DNA from: Methylotenera sp.
GTDB lineage: Bacteria; Pseudomonadota; Gammaproteobacteria; Burkholderiales; Methylophilaceae
DNA length: 64,000 nt
Reading direction: 5' to 3'
NCBI GenBank assembly: GCA_041675545.1
Contig: JBAYTS010000010.1
Coordinates: 1,606 to 65,605 of the forward strand
Shown: positions 46,143 through 58,986 of the stretch, piece after piece
Layout: each line of letters begins with the position of its first letter
Numbering within the stretch: position 1 is the first letter of the stretch
Program-made: the position numbers and the translations under genes
Notes under the pieces: model-generated
Databases searched by the model: none
The model's input: only the letters and a program-made list of their open reading frames with translations
Told to the model about the DNA's origin: nothing

Positions 46143-47662
46143 CCTTACTCTCATCATTCAATCAACAATTCACTTCAATTACGGCAGATAGCCGTCAAGT
46201 GAAGGTCGGCACTTTATTTTTGGCATATCCGGGTGCGCATAGCGATGGACGCAATTATATTGCGCAGGCCATTCAAGCCGGTGCAACCGGTGTGGCATGG
46301 GACGCCAAGAATTTTGTTTGGAACCCTGCGTTTGAAGTAAGCAATGTTGCGGTGACTGATTTAAAAAGTCAGGTGGGACAAGTCGCGGCAGAGTTTTATC
46401 AGTACCCATCACGTAAGCTGGGCATCATAGGCGTGACGGGTACCAATGGTAAAACCTCGGTGAGTCAGTGGATTGCTCAAACATTGAGTGCATTGGGTCA
46501 AAAAACAGCGGTCATTGGCACCATAGGCAATGGCTTTGTTGATGCTCACGGCATGGGCTTGGTCGAGGCGAGTAACACCACTCCCGATGCAATTCTGTTG
46601 CAAGCCATGCTGGCTGACTATGTGCAGCATGGAGCAGATGCCGTTGCCATGGAGGTTTCATCACATGGCTTGCATCAAGGCCGTGTCAATGGTGTGGAGT
46701 TTGACTTAGCGGTGCTGACCAATTTAACGCGTGACCACCTTGATTATCACGAAACCATGCAAGATTACGCGGCCGCCAAGCAGCAATTATTTGACTGGCA
46801 AGGGTTAGGCGTGGCGATACTGAATGCAGATGATGCGTTTGGGCAAGGCGTTGCTGCATCACTCAAAACGCAGAATAAGCCTTTAATGACTTACGGCCTA
46901 CTACACGGCGAGGTGCGCGGTGTAGCACTGCAATTGCATCAACATGGTTTAACCATGCAAGTGGCTACGCCGCAAGGCGATGCCATTGTTAACGCGCCGG
47001 TACTGGGGCGCTTTAATGCCTACAACGTATTGGCGGTATTGGCAACTTTATTGGCTTTTGATGTGAGTTTGTCAGATGCGGTGGCGGCGATTGCTAAAAT
47101 CAAGCCGGTGCTTGGGCGTATGCAGCAATTTGGCGGCGGTGAGAAACCCTTGGTCGTGGTTGATTATGCGCATACCCCAGATGCTTTAGAGAATGTATTG
47201 TCAACATTGCGCGAACAAGTGCAAGGCAAGTTGATTTGCGTGTTTGGCTGTGGCGGAGACCGCGATACAGGTAAGCGCCCATTGATGGGCGCGGTAGCCG
47301 CTCGGTTAGCTGACCGCGTGATTGTGACTTCAGATAACCCGCGCAATGAAAACCCTGATCATATTGTCCAGCAGATAGTACGCGGAATGACAGTTCTACC
47401 TGTGATGGAACCAGACCGCGCCAGTGCCATCGCGCAGGCGATACAGCTGGCACGCAAGGGGGACATTGTTCTGGTGGCTGGTAAAGGGCATGAAAATTAT
47501 CAGGAAGCAGCAGGCGTTAGAGCACCATTTAGCGATGCCGCAGTTGCAGAAGATGTGCTTGCCAATTGGGTGGTGTACGCAGGCCCATACAACAGAAGGG
47601 CTTCAGATAATCTGGCAACTAAAGCTGACGTAGCCACAGATGATATGGCGGAGAAATCATGA
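46139..47662 (+). CDS. murE: UDP-MurNAc-L-Ala-D-Glu:meso-DAP ligase
   Basis: GVTGTNGKTS, MEVSSHG, NLTRDHLDYH, DYAHTPDA, DNPR (mDAP-specific), AGKGHE. Confidence 0.97.
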   Translation: MTLLSSFNQQFTSITADSRQVKVGTLFLAYPGAHSDGRNYIAQAIQAGATGVAWDAKNFVWNPAFEVSNVAVTDLKSQVGQVAAEFYQYPSRKLGIIGVTGTNGKTSVSQWIAQTLSALGQKTAVIGTIGNGFVDAHGMGLVEASNTTPDAILLQAMLADYVQHGADAVAMEVSSHGLHQGRVNGVEFDLAVLTNLTRDHLDYHETMQDYAAAKQQLFDWQGLGVAILNADDAFGQGVAASLKTQNKPLMTYGLLHGEVRGVALQLHQHGLTMQVATPQGDAIVNAPVLGRFNAYNVLAVLATLLAFDVSLSDAVAAIAKIKPVLGRMQQFGGGEKPLVVVDYAHTPDALENVLSTLREQVQGKLICVFGCGGDRDTGKRPLMGAVAARLADRVIVTSDNPRNENPDHIVQQIVRGMTVLPVMEPDRASAIAQAIQLARKGDIVLVAGKGHENYQEAAGVRAPFSDAAVAEDVLANWVVYAGPYNRRASDNLATKADVATDDMAEKS

Positions 47663-49014
47663 TGATGCATTTGTCTGAAGCTGCTGTTGCGCTCAATGCA
47701 AAACACGTGGGTGCTGATGTGCAGTTTGACTCTGTGGGCAGTGATAGCCGCAATGTCAAAGCGGGTCAACTGTTCGTGGCACTTAAAGGCGAAAATTTTG
47801 ATGGTAATACATTTGCGGATGAAGCTATTAAAAAAGGTGCGGCAGCGGTGATGCTGTCGGACAGCGCAGTTGAGGTTCAGCCGGCATTGTTTGTGCAGGA
47901 TACACGCTTGGCTTTAGGTGAATTAGCCAAATATTGGCGTAGCAAGTTTGACGCACCTGTGGTTGCAATCACAGGTAGTAACGGTAAAACCACCACTAAA
48001 GAAATGCTTACTGCAATTTTGAGTGTGGCTGCCAAGGGTAGTGATAAGGTGCATGCCACTTATGGCAACTTGAATAACGATATTGGTGTGCCGCTGACGC
48101 TACTCAAAATGCATGCAAGCCACAAGTATGCAGTGGTTGAAATGGGTATGAATCATTTGGGTGAAATTGATTATTTAACACATATTGCTAAGCCCAATGT
48201 AGCGGTAATTAACAACGTAGGGTCTGCGCATATTGGTGAGCTAGGCTCACGTGCAAATATCGCCCTTGCCAAAGGCGAGATTTTTTCAGGCTTACCGGCT
48301 GACGGTGTGGCAGTAATTAACGCTGATAGCGAATATGCGGCTGATTGGCTCGCGCTTAATGCGAATAGAAAAGTAGTCACTTTTGGCTTAAATCAGCAGG
48401 CAGATGTCACGGCTAACTATCAAGAGTTACAAGGCGTTAGTTTAATGAATTTAGATACGCCTAATGGTCGCGTGGCGTTCAAGTTAAAAGTACAAGGTGC
48501 ACATAACATCAGTAACGCATTGGCTGCGAGTACAGCCGCTTTTGCATTGGGTGTTTCAAATGCAGACATAGCTAAAGGCCTGGAAAATTTTGGCGGTGTG
48601 TATGGGCGCTTGGAGCTTAAGGCTGCATGCCATGGTGCACTGTTAATTGACGACACTTATAACGCAAACCCGGACTCAATGCGCGCCGCGATAGATGTGC
48701 TGGCTAAATATGCCGGAGAGAAAATTCTGGTATTGGGCGACATGGGTGAATTAGGCTTTGAAGCTAAAAATATGCATGCAGAAATTGGTGCTTATGCCAA
48801 GGCGGCCGGGCTAACAACACTCTATTGCCTAGGTGAATTAAGTATTGAGATGGTGAAAAGCTTTGGTGTTGGTGCGCAGCATTTTAGCTCGCCGGAAGAG
48901 ATTGCTGAGGCGGTGTTGCCTCAGCTCACAAGTAGCACAACGGTACTGGTAAAAGGTTCACGCTTTATGCAAATGGAACGTGTTGTGAATTTGTTAGTAG
49001 CAAGCAAACAATAA
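47659..49014 (+). CDS. murF: UDP-MurNAc-tripeptide:D-Ala-D-Ala ligase
   Basis: ITGSNGKTTTKE, NLNNDIGVP, EMGMNH, DDTYNANP.SM, VKGSR. Confidence 0.97.
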   Translation: MMMHLSEAAVALNAKHVGADVQFDSVGSDSRNVKAGQLFVALKGENFDGNTFADEAIKKGAAAVMLSDSAVEVQPALFVQDTRLALGELAKYWRSKFDAPVVAITGSNGKTTTKEMLTAILSVAAKGSDKVHATYGNLNNDIGVPLTLLKMHASHKYAVVEMGMNHLGEIDYLTHIAKPNVAVINNVGSAHIGELGSRANIALAKGEIFSGLPADGVAVINADSEYAADWLALNANRKVVTFGLNQQADVTANYQELQGVSLMNLDTPNGRVAFKLKVQGAHNISNALAASTAAFALGVSNADIAKGLENFGGVYGRLELKAACHGALLIDDTYNANPDSMRAAIDVLAKYAGEKILVLGDMGELGFEAKNMHAEIGAYAKAAGLTTLYCLGELSIEMVKSFGVGAQHFSSPEEIAEAVLPQLTSSTTVLVKGSRFMQMERVVNLLVASKQ

Positions 49015-49035
49015 GCGTATTGGGAGATTTTAAAA

Positions 49036-50139
49036 ATGTTACTCGAATTAGCGCAATGGCTGGCAAAAGACATCCGTGGTTTTCACGTGTTTGACTACAT
49101 CACATTGCGTGCCGTGCTTGCCACGCTTACTGCATTAACCATTTCATTTGTAGTGGGCCCAACGTTGATTCGTAAGCTTACTTACTACAAAGTCGGTCAA
49201 TCAGTGCGTGATGATGGCCCGCAAACGCATTTAATTAAAGCGGGTACGCCAACCATGGGCGGTGCTTTGATCTTGGTTTCCATTGCTATATCAACGTTGC
49301 TATGGGCGGATTTAAGTAACAGGTTTGTGTGGGTGGTGTTATTCACGACCTTGGGTTTTGGCATTATTGGCTGGGTGGACGATTGGCGCAAAGTTGTACA
49401 TCGCAATCCTAAAGGGTTGTCTGCTAAAGAAAAATATTTTTGGCAGTCGGTGGTGGGTTTTAGCGTGGCGATATTTTTACAGCAAACCGCCGTAGTGCCT
49501 GCCGAAACGACTTTGTTAATTCCGTTTTTTAAAAGTTTGGTCATTCCAATGAGCGGCTTGGCGTTTATCGTGCTGACCTACTTGGTGGTGGTGGGTAGTA
49601 GCAATGCGGTGAATCTGACCGATGGTCTTGATGGACTGGCTATTATGCCAACCGTGATGGTGGCGGGTGCTTTGGCCATATTTGCTTATGTCACGGGTCA
49701 CTTTTATTTTTCCAAGTATTTAAGCATTCCTTATGTACCTGGGGCAGGCGAGTTGGCTGTGTTCTGTGCGGCGATGGTGGGCGCAGGTTTAGGGTTTTTA
49801 TGGTTTAACGCTTATCCGGCAGAAGTATTCATGGGTGACGTAGGCGCATTGGCACTGGGGGCGGCGTTAGGTATTGTGGCCGTCATTGTGCGACAAGAAA
49901 TAATCTTGTTCATTATGGGTGGTGTTTTTGTGATCGAGACAATTTCAGTGGCGTTACAGGTGCTGTATTTCAAATACACAAAATATAAAACCGGGACAGG
50001 TCAACGTATCTTTTTGATGGCGCCTTTGCATCATCACTATGAACAAAAAGGTTGGAAAGAAACACAAGTAGTGGTGCGCTTTTGGATTATCAGCATGATG
50101 CTGGTGTTGATTGGTCTGGCTAGTTTGAAAATTAGGTAA
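49036..50139 (+). CDS. mraY: Phospho-MurNAc-pentapeptide transferase
   Basis: [37 protein letters not shown]. Confidence 0.98.
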   Translation: MLLELAQWLAKDIRGFHVFDYITLRAVLATLTALTISFVVGPTLIRKLTYYKVGQSVRDDGPQTHLIKAGTPTMGGALILVSIAISTLLWADLSNRFVWVVLFTTLGFGIIGWVDDWRKVVHRNPKGLSAKEKYFWQSVVGFSVAIFLQQTAVVPAETTLLIPFFKSLVIPMSGLAFIVLTYLVVVGSSNAVNLTDGLDGLAIMPTVMVAGALAIFAYVTGHFYFSKYLSIPYVPGAGELAVFCAAMVGAGLGFLWFNAYPAEVFMGDVGALALGAALGIVAVIVRQEIILFIMGGVFVIETISVALQVLYFKYTKYKTGTGQRIFLMAPLHHHYEQKGWKETQVVVRFWIISMMLVLIGLASLKIR

Positions 50140-50153
50140 AAAGTAAACTGAAC

Positions 50154-51512
50154 ATGCAAATTGCGTTAAAAGACAAAAAAGTATTAGTGCTAGGCCTTGG
50201 CGATACAGGGCTGTCAGCGTTGCGTTGGTTGCAACGCCAAGGCGCTCGTTTGTCTGTTGCGGATACGCGTGATAACCCGCCAGGTGTTGACGCACTGAAA
50301 GCTGAGTTGCCAGAGGTGAGCATAGTTACCGGCGCATTTACCGAGGCAATTTTTAGTAATGTTGATCTGGTGGTAGCAAGCCCGGGTGTGCCATTAAGTG
50401 AGCCGGAAGTTCAAGCTGCGATTAAGCGCGGCGTTGCAGTGATCGGTGATGTTGAGCTATTTGCACAATATCGCCCAACTAGCGCAAAAGTAATTGCGAT
50501 TACTGGTGTCAACGGCAAAACCACAGTGACGACTTTAGTCGGTGAAATGTGCAAAGCGGCGGGCTTGAAAACTATCGTCGCTGGCAATATTGGTTTGCCA
50601 GTGCTAGATGCGTTAAGCATGGAAACACCGGATGTTTATGTATTAGAACTTTCAAGCTTTCAGTTAGAAACTACCAGTAGCTTGCAAGTTGACGCAGCCA
50701 CCATGCTGAACCTATCAGAAGATCACATGGATAGATACGCTAGCATGCAGGATTATGCAATTGCCAAGGCGCGTATCTTCTACAACGCAAAGTTGCAAGT
50801 GCTTAACCGTGACGACGCGTGGAGCATGATGATGGCGCGTTCTAAGTTGGCGCAAGTGACATTTGGCTTGGATGCGACTGAGGATGAACATAACTATGGT
50901 TTAAGAGGTGTTCAGGGTGAAACCTGGTTGAGTTGCGGTGAGCATGATTTGATAAACATGCAAGATTTGAAAATCGCAGGTTTACACAACGCCGCCAACG
51001 CTTTGGCAGCGATTGCGCTTTGCCGGGGCATTGGTTTGGATTACGTGCCGATTATTCAAACCCTTTATAACTTTAAAGGTTTGCCGCACCGCGTGGAATG
51101 GGTTGCTAACATTGATGACGTTGATTATTACGATGATTCAAAAGGCACCAATGTCGGTGCTACTTGCGCGGCATTGTCAGGTTTGCCACAAAAAGTGGTG
51201 TTGATTGCGGGCGGTGACGGCAAAGGCCAAGACTTTTCACCATTAACAGATATTGTTGCGGCGAATGCGCGCGCGGTGGTGCTTATAGGGCGTGATGCGC
51301 CATTGATTGAAGCCGAGTTGCTAAAAACAGGCGTGCCTTTATATCTGGCAATAGATTTGCCAGAAGCGGTCAATATTGCAAAAAGACTCGCACAAAAAGA
51401 CGATGCAGTTTTGCTATCTCCCGCGTGCGCCAGCTTTGATATGTTCAAAAATTATGTGCATCGTGCAGAAGTGTTTGTAAGCGCGGTGCAGCGTTTGAAG
51501 GAGGCCGCATGA
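50154..51512 (+). CDS. murD: UDP-MurNAc-L-Ala:D-Glu ligase
   Basis: [43 protein letters not shown]. Confidence 0.97.
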   Translation: MQIALKDKKVLVLGLGDTGLSALRWLQRQGARLSVADTRDNPPGVDALKAELPEVSIVTGAFTEAIFSNVDLVVASPGVPLSEPEVQAAIKRGVAVIGDVELFAQYRPTSAKVIAITGVNGKTTVTTLVGEMCKAAGLKTIVAGNIGLPVLDALSMETPDVYVLELSSFQLETTSSLQVDAATMLNLSEDHMDRYASMQDYAIAKARIFYNAKLQVLNRDDAWSMMMARSKLAQVTFGLDATEDEHNYGLRGVQGETWLSCGEHDLINMQDLKIAGLHNAANALAAIALCRGIGLDYVPIIQTLYNFKGLPHRVEWVANIDDVDYYDDSKGTNVGATCAALSGLPQKVVLIAGGDGKGQDFSPLTDIVAANARAVVLIGRDAPLIEAELLKTGVPLYLAIDLPEAVNIAKRLAQKDDAVLLSPACASFDMFKNYVHRAEVFVSAVQRLKEAA

Positions 51513-52672
51513 TCACCACCATGCTCAACCGCGAACGTATTAATACCCCTAATTATGATCAGGGATTGCTTTGGGTCACCCTGGTTTTATTGGGCTTAGG
51601 CTTGGTGATGGTGTATTCATCCTCAATTGCGATTGCTGAGGCAGATAGAGCTGTCGGGCATAACAGTAGTTATTACTTAGTGCGCCAAGCTATCTTTTTG
51701 GTCATCAGTTTAAGTGCGGCTTTCGTGGCATTTAACATTCCCGTGGCGTGGTGGCAAAAAATGGCGCCGTATTTATTCTTACTGGGCTTGGCGTTGCTGG
51801 TGCTGGTGCTGATTCCGGGCATCGGGCGTGTTGTTGGTGGTAGTCGTCGCTGGCTGTCTTTATTTGTGATTAACTTGCAGCCTTCTGAGCTGATGAAATT
51901 ATTTGCCGCCATGTACGTAGCTGATTACACCGTACGTAAAGCTGCTGTGATGGATAGTTTCACCAAAGGCTTTATGCCGATGCTACTGGTGATGTTGTTG
52001 GTAGGTGGTTTGTTGCTACGTGAGCCGGATTTTGGCGCGTTTGCCGTGATTGCTGCGATTTCTATTTCTATTCTTTGGCTGGGCGGTATCAATGCTCGCA
52101 TATTTGTTGGGTTGATTATCTTACTGGTAGTGGGGTTTGTGTTTCTAATCTGGAGCTCACCTTACCGCCTTGAACGCGTGATCGGTTTTATGGACCCATG
52201 GGCAGATCCGTATGGCAAAGGTTATCAGTTATCACATGCGCTGATCGCGTTTGGGCGTGGCGAGTGGTTTGGCGTTGGGCTGGGTGCAAGTGTAGAAAAA
52301 TTACTGTATTTACCGGAAGCCCATACAGACTTTTTACTGGCAGTGATTGCAGAGGAGCTTGGCTTTGTGGGCGTAGCTACGGTGGTGGGTTTGTTTACAT
52401 GGATTGTGATTCGCGCTTTTGGTATTGGCAAAGAGGCTATTGCCAATGAACGCTATTTCGGTGCGTTGTTGGCACAAGGGCTGGGTGTATGGATAGGCGT
52501 GCAGGGGATTATCAATATGGGTGTGAATATGGGACTGTTGCCGACCAAAGGATTGACACTGCCTTTACTCTCGTTTGGCGGTAGCGGCATTTTGGCAAAC
52601 TGCATCGCAATGGCAATTTTGCTGCGTATTGATTTTGAGAATAGGCGTTTGCAAAAAGGCTTGCCGGTATGA
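51509..52672 (+). CDS. ftsW: SEDS peptidoglycan polymerase FtsW
   Basis: [13 protein letters not shown]....[31 protein letters not shown]. Confidence 0.97.
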   Translation: MITTMLNRERINTPNYDQGLLWVTLVLLGLGLVMVYSSSIAIAEADRAVGHNSSYYLVRQAIFLVISLSAAFVAFNIPVAWWQKMAPYLFLLGLALLVLVLIPGIGRVVGGSRRWLSLFVINLQPSELMKLFAAMYVADYTVRKAAVMDSFTKGFMPMLLVMLLVGGLLLREPDFGAFAVIAAISISILWLGGINARIFVGLIILLVVGFVFLIWSSPYRLERVIGFMDPWADPYGKGYQLSHALIAFGRGEWFGVGLGASVEKLLYLPEAHTDFLLAVIAEELGFVGVATVVGLFTWIVIRAFGIGKEAIANERYFGALLAQGLGVWIGVQGIINMGVNMGLLPTKGLTLPLLSFGGSGILANCIAMAILLRIDFENRRLQKGLPV

Positions 52673-53745
52673 GTAAAACGGTGAAAAAAACTTTAATGGT
52701 GATGGCAGGCGGTACTGGTGGTCATGTTTACCCTGCAATGGCAGTGGCAGACCACCTTTTGGCGCAGGGCTGGAAAATCGTTTGGCTATGCACCCAAGGC
52801 GGCATGGAAAATCGCCTGATAGAGGGCAAGGGTTACGACAAAGCCACAATCACCATGCAAGGTGTGCGCGGTAAAGGTTTATTAGGTTGGGTGCTGTTAC
52901 CGGTGAAGTTGGTGAAAGCGTTTAGCCAAAGCGTTGCGGCATTAAAAAAACATCAGCCTAACGTGGTATTGGGTATGGGTGGTTTTGCAGCGTTCCCTGG
53001 TGGATTGATGGCGAGATTATTAGGTAAGCCATTGGTGATACATGAACAAAATTCGGTAGCAGGCTTAACGAACAAGGTATTAGCTAAATTCGCCACCCGT
53101 GTTTTGGCGGCTTTTCCTGCGGTATTTGGTGATAAAGCAGTACTGGTAGGCAATCCGGTGCGGGCTGATATCGCAAATTTGAGTGCGCCTGAGCAGCGTT
53201 TTTCAAGACGTGAAGGCACATTGCGACTGTTGGTAGTCGGCGGTAGTTTAGGTGCACAGGCTTTGAATGAAGTGATTCCGCAAGCGTTAGCAAAGCTGCC
53301 TGTAGATCAGCGCCTGCAGGTGGTGCATCAGGCAGGTGTGAAACATATTGAGGTACTTAAAAATAATTATGCAAAAGCTGGTGTAACAGTAGATGCGCGT
53401 GCATTTATTGATGATATGGCCGCTATGTATGCATGGGCAGATTTTGTGATTTGCCGGTCAGGCGCGCTTACTGTGGCTGAGGTTTCAGCAGTTGGAATAG
53501 GATCGCTAATGGTGCCGTTTCCGTTTGCGGTAGATGACCACCAAACGACCAATGCGGCTTATCTGGCCGAGGCAGGCGCCGCTATTGTCGTGCAGCAAAA
53601 AGAATTGAGTGTAGAAAAATTGGCAAAGATTTTAGGTGATCTAGACCGTGAGCAATGTCTGAAAATGGCTAAATTTGCACGTGTTTTGGGTAAGCCGGAA
53701 GCAACAGCGGATGTGGCAGCTATTTGCCTGGAGGTAGCACAATGA
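52669..53745 (+). CDS. murG: UDP-GlcNAc:lipid I GlcNAc transferase
   Basis: [37 protein letters not shown]. Confidence 0.98.
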   Translation: MSKTVKKTLMVMAGGTGGHVYPAMAVADHLLAQGWKIVWLCTQGGMENRLIEGKGYDKATITMQGVRGKGLLGWVLLPVKLVKAFSQSVAALKKHQPNVVLGMGGFAAFPGGLMARLLGKPLVIHEQNSVAGLTNKVLAKFATRVLAAFPAVFGDKAVLVGNPVRADIANLSAPEQRFSRREGTLRLLVVGGSLGAQALNEVIPQALAKLPVDQRLQVVHQAGVKHIEVLKNNYAKAGVTVDARAFIDDMAAMYAWADFVICRSGALTVAEVSAVGIGSLMVPFPFAVDDHQTTNAAYLAEAGAAIVVQQKELSVEKLAKILGDLDREQCLKMAKFARVLGKPEATADVAAICLEVAQ

Positions 53746-55169
53746 AACATAAAGTAAAAAATATACACTTTGTAGGTATTGGCGGCTCCGGCATGAGCGG
53801 CATTGCTGAAGTGTTAATCAATCTGGACTTTAATGTCAGTGGCTCAGACTTGGCTAGCAATGTAACGACAAAACGCTTAACTGCGTTTGGTGCAACAGTG
53901 TATCAAGGCCATGCGGCAGAAAATGTTAAAGATGCCGATGTGGTTGTAGTGTCATCTGCGGTGAATGAAGAAAACCCGGAAGTAAAAGCAGCACGTGCTA
54001 AAAACATCCCAGTGGTGCCGCGTGCGCTGATGCTGGCAGAGTTAATGCGCTTTAGACAGGGTATCGCTGTTGCAGGTACGCACGGTAAAACCACCACCAC
54101 TAGCTTAATCGCAAGTATTTTGGCTGAAGCAGGTATGGACCCTACGTTTGTGATTGGTGGCAAATTAGAGGCCGCCAATGCCAATGCAAAACTTGGCTCG
54201 GGTGAGTATATTGTGGCGGAGGCGGATGAGTCTGATGCTTCATTCTTGCATTTGACGCCGGTGATGGCGGTGGTGACGAACATTGATCATGACCACATGG
54301 ACACTTATGAGCATAGCTTTGAAAAGCTTAAAAGTGCGTTTGTCGAGTTTTTACAGCAATTGCCGTTTTGGGGCATGGCGGTGGTATGCATTGATGACGC
54401 TAACATTCGCGATATTTTGCCGCGTGTGACTAAGCCGGTAATGACTTACGGTTTGAGTGAAGATGCACGTGTGCGCGCTAAAAATATACGTGCTGATGAC
54501 GGCAAAATGCACTTCACTGTGCAACGCATTAACGGCGTTACCACTGAATTTGATGTCACGCTTAATCTCCCCGGCAACCATTATGTGTTAAATGCCTTAG
54601 CCGCCATTGCGATTGCCAGTGAGCTTAACGTGCCGGATGTAGCCATCATTAAAGCATTGAAAGAATTTAAGGGTGTGGGCAGACGCTTTGAGCGCTATGG
54701 TGAAATTCAAGCCACGCCACGCAACGGTAATACAGCAGGTACGTTTACGCTGATTGATGATTACGGTCACCACCCAGTGGAAGTGCAGGCGGTGATTGCT
54801 GCCGCGCGCGGGGCCTTCCCTAATCGGCGCTTGGTGATGGCGTTTCAACCGCATCGTTATACCCGTACGCGTGATTGCTTTGAAGATTTTGTAAAAGTGC
54901 TTTCAAGGGCAGATGTGGTGTTGCTGACGGAAGTCTATTCTGCAGGTGAATCACCCATCGTGGCAGCGGACACACGTTCGCTTATTCGTGCGATTCGGGT
55001 GGCGGGTAAGGTTGAGCCTTTATTTGTAGAAACAACAGATGAATTGCCACAGGCGATTTTAGATGTAGCACAAGCTGATGACGTAGTGATTGTGATGGGG
55101 GCGGGCTCTATTGGCCATGTGGCACTAAAGACTAAAGAGTTGCAACTGAGAGGATTGGCGAGGGCATGA
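53742..55169 (+). CDS. murC: UDP-MurNAc:L-Ala ligase (ATG 53742)
   Basis: [46 protein letters not shown]. Confidence 0.98.
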   Translation: MKHKVKNIHFVGIGGSGMSGIAEVLINLDFNVSGSDLASNVTTKRLTAFGATVYQGHAAENVKDADVVVVSSAVNEENPEVKAARAKNIPVVPRALMLAELMRFRQGIAVAGTHGKTTTTSLIASILAEAGMDPTFVIGGKLEAANANAKLGSGEYIVAEADESDASFLHLTPVMAVVTNIDHDHMDTYEHSFEKLKSAFVEFLQQLPFWGMAVVCIDDANIRDILPRVTKPVMTYGLSEDARVRAKNIRADDGKMHFTVQRINGVTTEFDVTLNLPGNHYVLNALAAIAIASELNVPDVAIIKALKEFKGVGRRFERYGEIQATPRNGNTAGTFTLIDDYGHHPVEVQAVIAAARGAFPNRRLVMAFQPHRYTRTRDCFEDFVKVLSRADVVLLTEVYSAGESPIVAADTRSLIRAIRVAGKVEPLFVETTDELPQAILDVAQADDVVIVMGAGSIGHVALKTKELQLRGLARA

Positions 55170-56071
55170 CGTTGGTGACGCCAAAATTACTATTGAACGA
55201 ACCCTTGGCACGCTATACCAGCTGGCGTGTGGGCGGCCGTGCAGATCAGCTGTATATCCCAGCTGGGCTGGATGATTTGAGCGCGTTTTTACATCACCTG
55301 GATGCCACACAACCAATTTATTTTATTGGCTTGGGTTCGAATTTGTTGGTGCGTGACGGCGGCGTGCGCGGCACGGTGGTGTTGATGCATAACGTACTCA
55401 CCGCATTAAAAATGGAGGGTGAGCTTGTGTATGCCGAGGCAGGCGTGACTTGTGCGAAATTGGCAAAATTTTGCGCTAAAGAGGCAAAACAGGGTGGAGA
55501 GTTTTTTGCGGGGATCCCTGGCACATTAGGTGGCGCACTTGCCATGAATGCAGGCTGCTACGGTAGTGAAACCTGGAACGTGGTGAAGCGCGTAACGACC
55601 ATTAACCGAAGTGGTGAGCTCAATACGCGTGATGCGGCAACGTTTATTCCGAGCTATCGCCATGTTGAAAAACCGGTGGCTGATGAGTGGTTTGTTGCGG
55701 CTTGGCTTGGTTTAGAAAAAGGGGATGCACATGCGTCTGCACAAAAAATTAAAGAATTACTAGCCAAACGCTTGGCGTCACAGCCGCTAAATATGCCAAG
55801 TGCAGGTTCAACTTTCAGGAACCCGGCAGGTGATTATGCCGCAAGGTTGATAGAGGCGAGCGGATTAAAAGGTTACATCATTGGTGGTGCTCAGGTGTCA
55901 GAAAGACATGCCAATTTTATTGTGAACGTCGGTGGTGCAACCGCGCTGGATATTGAACTGTTAATTAAGCATATACGCGACACCGTGCTTGAGCAGCAAG
56001 GCGTTTTGTTGCAACAGGAAGTCAAAGTATTGGGTGAGCTTTCATTAAGTGAGCTGGAGGTTAAAGAATAA
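55166..56071 (+). CDS. murB: UDP-N-acetylenolpyruvoylglucosamine reductase
   Basis: [42 protein letters not shown]. Confidence 0.96.
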   Translation: MTLVTPKLLLNEPLARYTSWRVGGRADQLYIPAGLDDLSAFLHHLDATQPIYFIGLGSNLLVRDGGVRGTVVLMHNVLTALKMEGELVYAEAGVTCAKLAKFCAKEAKQGGEFFAGIPGTLGGALAMNAGCYGSETWNVVKRVTTINRSGELNTRDAATFIPSYRHVEKPVADEWFVAAWLGLEKGDAHASAQKIKELLAKRLASQPLNMPSAGSTFRNPAGDYAARLIEASGLKGYIIGGAQVSERHANFIVNVGGATALDIELLIKHIRDTVLEQQGVLLQQEVKVLGELSLSELEVKE

Positions 56072-56976
56072 TGCGTGATTTTGGAAAAGTAGCGGTGCTG
56101 TTAGGTGGCAAGTCCGGTGAGCGTGAAGTGTCGCTTAAGAGTGGCGCGGCAGTACTAGCGGCCTTGCAGCGGCAAGGTGTGGATGCACACGCCTTTGATC
56201 CTGCCAGCCGCCCGCTGCATGACTTGGAGCACTTTGATATTGCAATGATTTCTTTGCATGGGCGTTTTGGTGAAGACGGTGCGATGCAAGGCGCATTGGA
56301 ATTGTTGGGTATTCCTTATACCGGTAGCGGTGTGATGGCATCGGCGATTGGCATGGATAAATGGCGTACCAAGATGATTTGGTCAGCCGCGGGCATTAGC
56401 ACCCCAGCCTTTGAAGTGGTACAAGCTGACTCAGACTTTGCAGCGATAGAGCAAAAGCTAGGGCTGCCGTTGTTTGTAAAACCGGCTAATGAAGGATCTA
56501 GCATCGGCATTAGCAAAGTGAAACACGCCGGCGATTTGCAGGCGGCTTATGCATTAGCGGCTAAATCTGACCCATTGGTCATCGCCGAACAGTTTGTAGG
56601 CGGCGGTGAATACACCGTAGGTATTTTAGGTGATAAAGCGTTGCCGATTGTGCGTATCGTGCCAAAAAATGAATTTTACGATTTTGAAGCCAAATACCTG
56701 CGTGACGACACTGAGTACCTGTGTCCGTGTGGTTTGAGTAGCGACAAAGAAGCGCAGATTCAGCAACAAGCATTGCAGGCGTTTAAGGCGATTGGTTGCA
56801 GTGGCTGGGGGCGGGTAGATTTTTTAATGGATGCCCAAGGTAATCATTACTTTTTAGAAGTGAATACTAGCCCGGGTATGACAGATCATAGCTTAGTGCC
56901 AATGGCAGCAAAGGCGGCAGGGATTAGTTTTGATGCATTGGTGATACACATTTTGGAGTTGGCGCATGTGGGATAA
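56071..56976 (+). CDS. ddl: D-alanine--D-alanine ligase
   Basis: [43 protein letters not shown]. Confidence 0.97.
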   Translation: MRDFGKVAVLLGGKSGEREVSLKSGAAVLAALQRQGVDAHAFDPASRPLHDLEHFDIAMISLHGRFGEDGAMQGALELLGIPYTGSGVMASAIGMDKWRTKMIWSAAGISTPAFEVVQADSDFAAIEQKLGLPLFVKPANEGSSIGISKVKHAGDLQAAYALAAKSDPLVIAEQFVGGGEYTVGILGDKALPIVRIVPKNEFYDFEAKYLRDDTEYLCPCGLSSDKEAQIQQQALQAFKAIGCSGWGRVDFLMDAQGNHYFLEVNTSPGMTDHSLVPMAAKAAGISFDALVIHILELAHVG

Positions 56977-57727
56977 ACCCGCTTTACTTAACTGGATTGC
57001 CAACCTCTTGTTTGCGATGAGTGTGGTGGTAATGCTATACGCTACGCTGTATGTGGTGGTGCATTTGCCGATTTTTCCGCTACGCGAAGTGAAAGTTGAC
57101 GGCCAGTTAACCCATGTAACGCGTGAACAAGTGAAGTTGATTGCTGCAAAACATTTGAAAGGAAATTTTTTCACCTTAGATTTAATCGCCGCACGCGATG
57201 CCTTTGAAAAGCTACCTTGGGCGCGCAATGTGAGTGTGCGCAGACGCTGGCCAGATAAGTTAGAGGTCATGATTGAAGAGCATCAAGCGTTTGCACGTTG
57301 GGGCAATGTGGCGTTGGTGAATACGCATGGTGAATTATTTCATGCGGCTACCAGTAATGATTTACCTGTGTTTTATGGCCCGGATGACAGTGTGATAGAG
57401 CTTGCATCGCAATATGATGCATTTAATAAAGTATTAAAAACGGCTAACTTAGACATTGCGATATTGGCATTAACACCTAGACGTGCATGGCAAATTAACA
57501 CAACAGATGGCATGGTTGTTGAGTTAGGCAGGACTGATATGCAGCCACGTTTAGAAAAATTTACCAAAGTTTATGGCAGCACAATTGTCGCGTTGAATAA
57601 AAAAATTACGTATGCAGACTTGCGCTATCCCAATGGATTTGCCTTGCGAAGACCAATTGAGGCGATTAAACCCAACGAGATTAAGTCAACAGACACCGTA
57701 AAAAAACAGACAGGAGCCGTGACTTAA
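56966..57727 (+). CDS. ftsQ: Cell division protein FtsQ
   Basis: TM, POTRA domain ([20 protein letters not shown]), DLRYPNGFA. Confidence 0.93.
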   Translation: MWDKPALLNWIANLLFAMSVVVMLYATLYVVVHLPIFPLREVKVDGQLTHVTREQVKLIAAKHLKGNFFTLDLIAARDAFEKLPWARNVSVRRRWPDKLEVMIEEHQAFARWGNVALVNTHGELFHAATSNDLPVFYGPDDSVIELASQYDAFNKVLKTANLDIAILALTPRRAWQINTTDGMVVELGRTDMQPRLEKFTKVYGSTIVALNKKITYADLRYPNGFALRRPIEAIKPNEIKSTDTVKKQTGAVT

Positions 57728-57744
57728 GTTCACGGAAGGGGTAA

Positions 57745-58986
57745 ATGATGAGTAGAACCAAAGAAGATAAAAATTTAATTGTAGGCTTAGATATAGGCAC
57801 ATCAAAAATTGTGGCGATTGTTGCTGAGCTACAACCCGAAGGCACACTTAAAGTGATTGGGCTGGGGCAGCATATTTCTCGCGGCTTAAAAAAAGGCGTG
57901 GTGGTGAACATAGAGTCAACCATGCAATCGATTCAGCGTGCGTTAGAAGAGGCCGAGTTGATGGCTGATTGCAAAATCAATAATGTTTATACCGGTATTG
58001 CCGGTAGCCACATTAAGAGCATTAACTCTCATGGCATGGTGAAAATTAAAGACGCTGAAGTTTCACAAATGGATGTCGATCGTGTGATTGAAACCGCTCG
58101 CGCCATTGCCTTGCCTGCGGATCAGCAGATTTTACATATCCTGACGCAAGAATTCATTGTTGACGGCCAGGAAGATGTACGCGAACCACTCGGTATGAGC
58201 GGCATGAGGCTGGAAGTAAAAGTACATATCGTGACAGGTGCAGTGGCAGCTGCGCAAAATATTGTGAAGTGCATTAAACGTTGTGGCATAGAAGTGAGCG
58301 ATTTAATTCTACAGCCCTTGGCATCAAGCTTGGCCGTGCTGACTGATGATGAAAAAGAACTAGGTGTTTGCTTAGTCGATATTGGTGGCGGTACCACTGA
58401 TATTGCAGTGTTCAAGCAAGGGGCGATTCGCCATACCGCTGTGGTGCCGATTGCTGGTGACCAAATGACTAACGATGTGGCCGTTGCGTTCCGTACGCCG
58501 ACGCAATCGGCAGAAGATATCAAAATCAAGCACGGTTGCGCATTGCGTCAATTGGCTGACCCACGTGAAGTGGTTGAAGTGCCGGGTGTTGATGGCCGTG
58601 ATCCGCGTCAATTATCAGTGCAAACCCTGGCGGAGGTGCTGGAACCGCGTGTAGTTGAGCTTTATGAGCTGGTGCTCAATGAGTTGCGCCGTAGCGGGAT
58701 GGAAGAAATGATCGCGTCTGGCATTGTGATTACTGGCGGTTCGGCCATGATGCGCGGCATGGTGGAGTTAGGTGAAGAGGTTTTTCACGTGCCGGTGCGC
58801 TTAGGCATGCCGCGATATGTGGGCGGCCTGTCAGATGTGGTTGGCAATCCAAGATACGCCACAGGTGTGGGTTTAGTGTTGATGGGTAAGCAACAGCTGG
58901 AAAGACATATCAATGGTGAGCTGGAATCCAGCTCATTTGGCAGGATTTTAGAAAGAATGAAGCGGTGGTTTGCAGGCAATTTTTAA
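57745..58986 (+). CDS. ftsA: Cell division protein FtsA
   Basis: GLDIGTSKI, DIGGGTTD, TGGSA, YATGVGL, C-terminal amphipathic KRWFAGNF. Confidence 0.98.
   Translation: MMSRTKEDKNLIVGLDIGTSKIVAIVAELQPEGTLKVIGLGQHISRGLKKGVVVNIESTMQSIQRALEEAELMADCKINNVYTGIAGSHIKSINSHGMVKIKDAEVSQMDVDRVIETARAIALPADQQILHILTQEFIVDGQEDVREPLGMSGMRLEVKVHIVTGAVAAAQNIVKCIKRCGIEVSDLILQPLASSLAVLTDDEKELGVCLVDIGGGTTDIAVFKQGAIRHTAVVPIAGDQMTNDVAVAFRTPTQSAEDIKIKHGCALRQLADPREVVEVPGVDGRDPRQLSVQTLAEVLEPRVVELYELVLNELRRSGMEEMIASGIVITGGSAMMRGMVELGEEVFHVPVRLGMPRYVGGLSDVVGNPRYATGVGLVLMGKQQLERHINGELESSSFGRILERMKRWFAGNF

Noticed and set aside
55166-56071. murB inside the dcw cluster as an unusual rearrangement
   Set aside because: The murC-murB-ddl order is common in many bacteria and is not novel.
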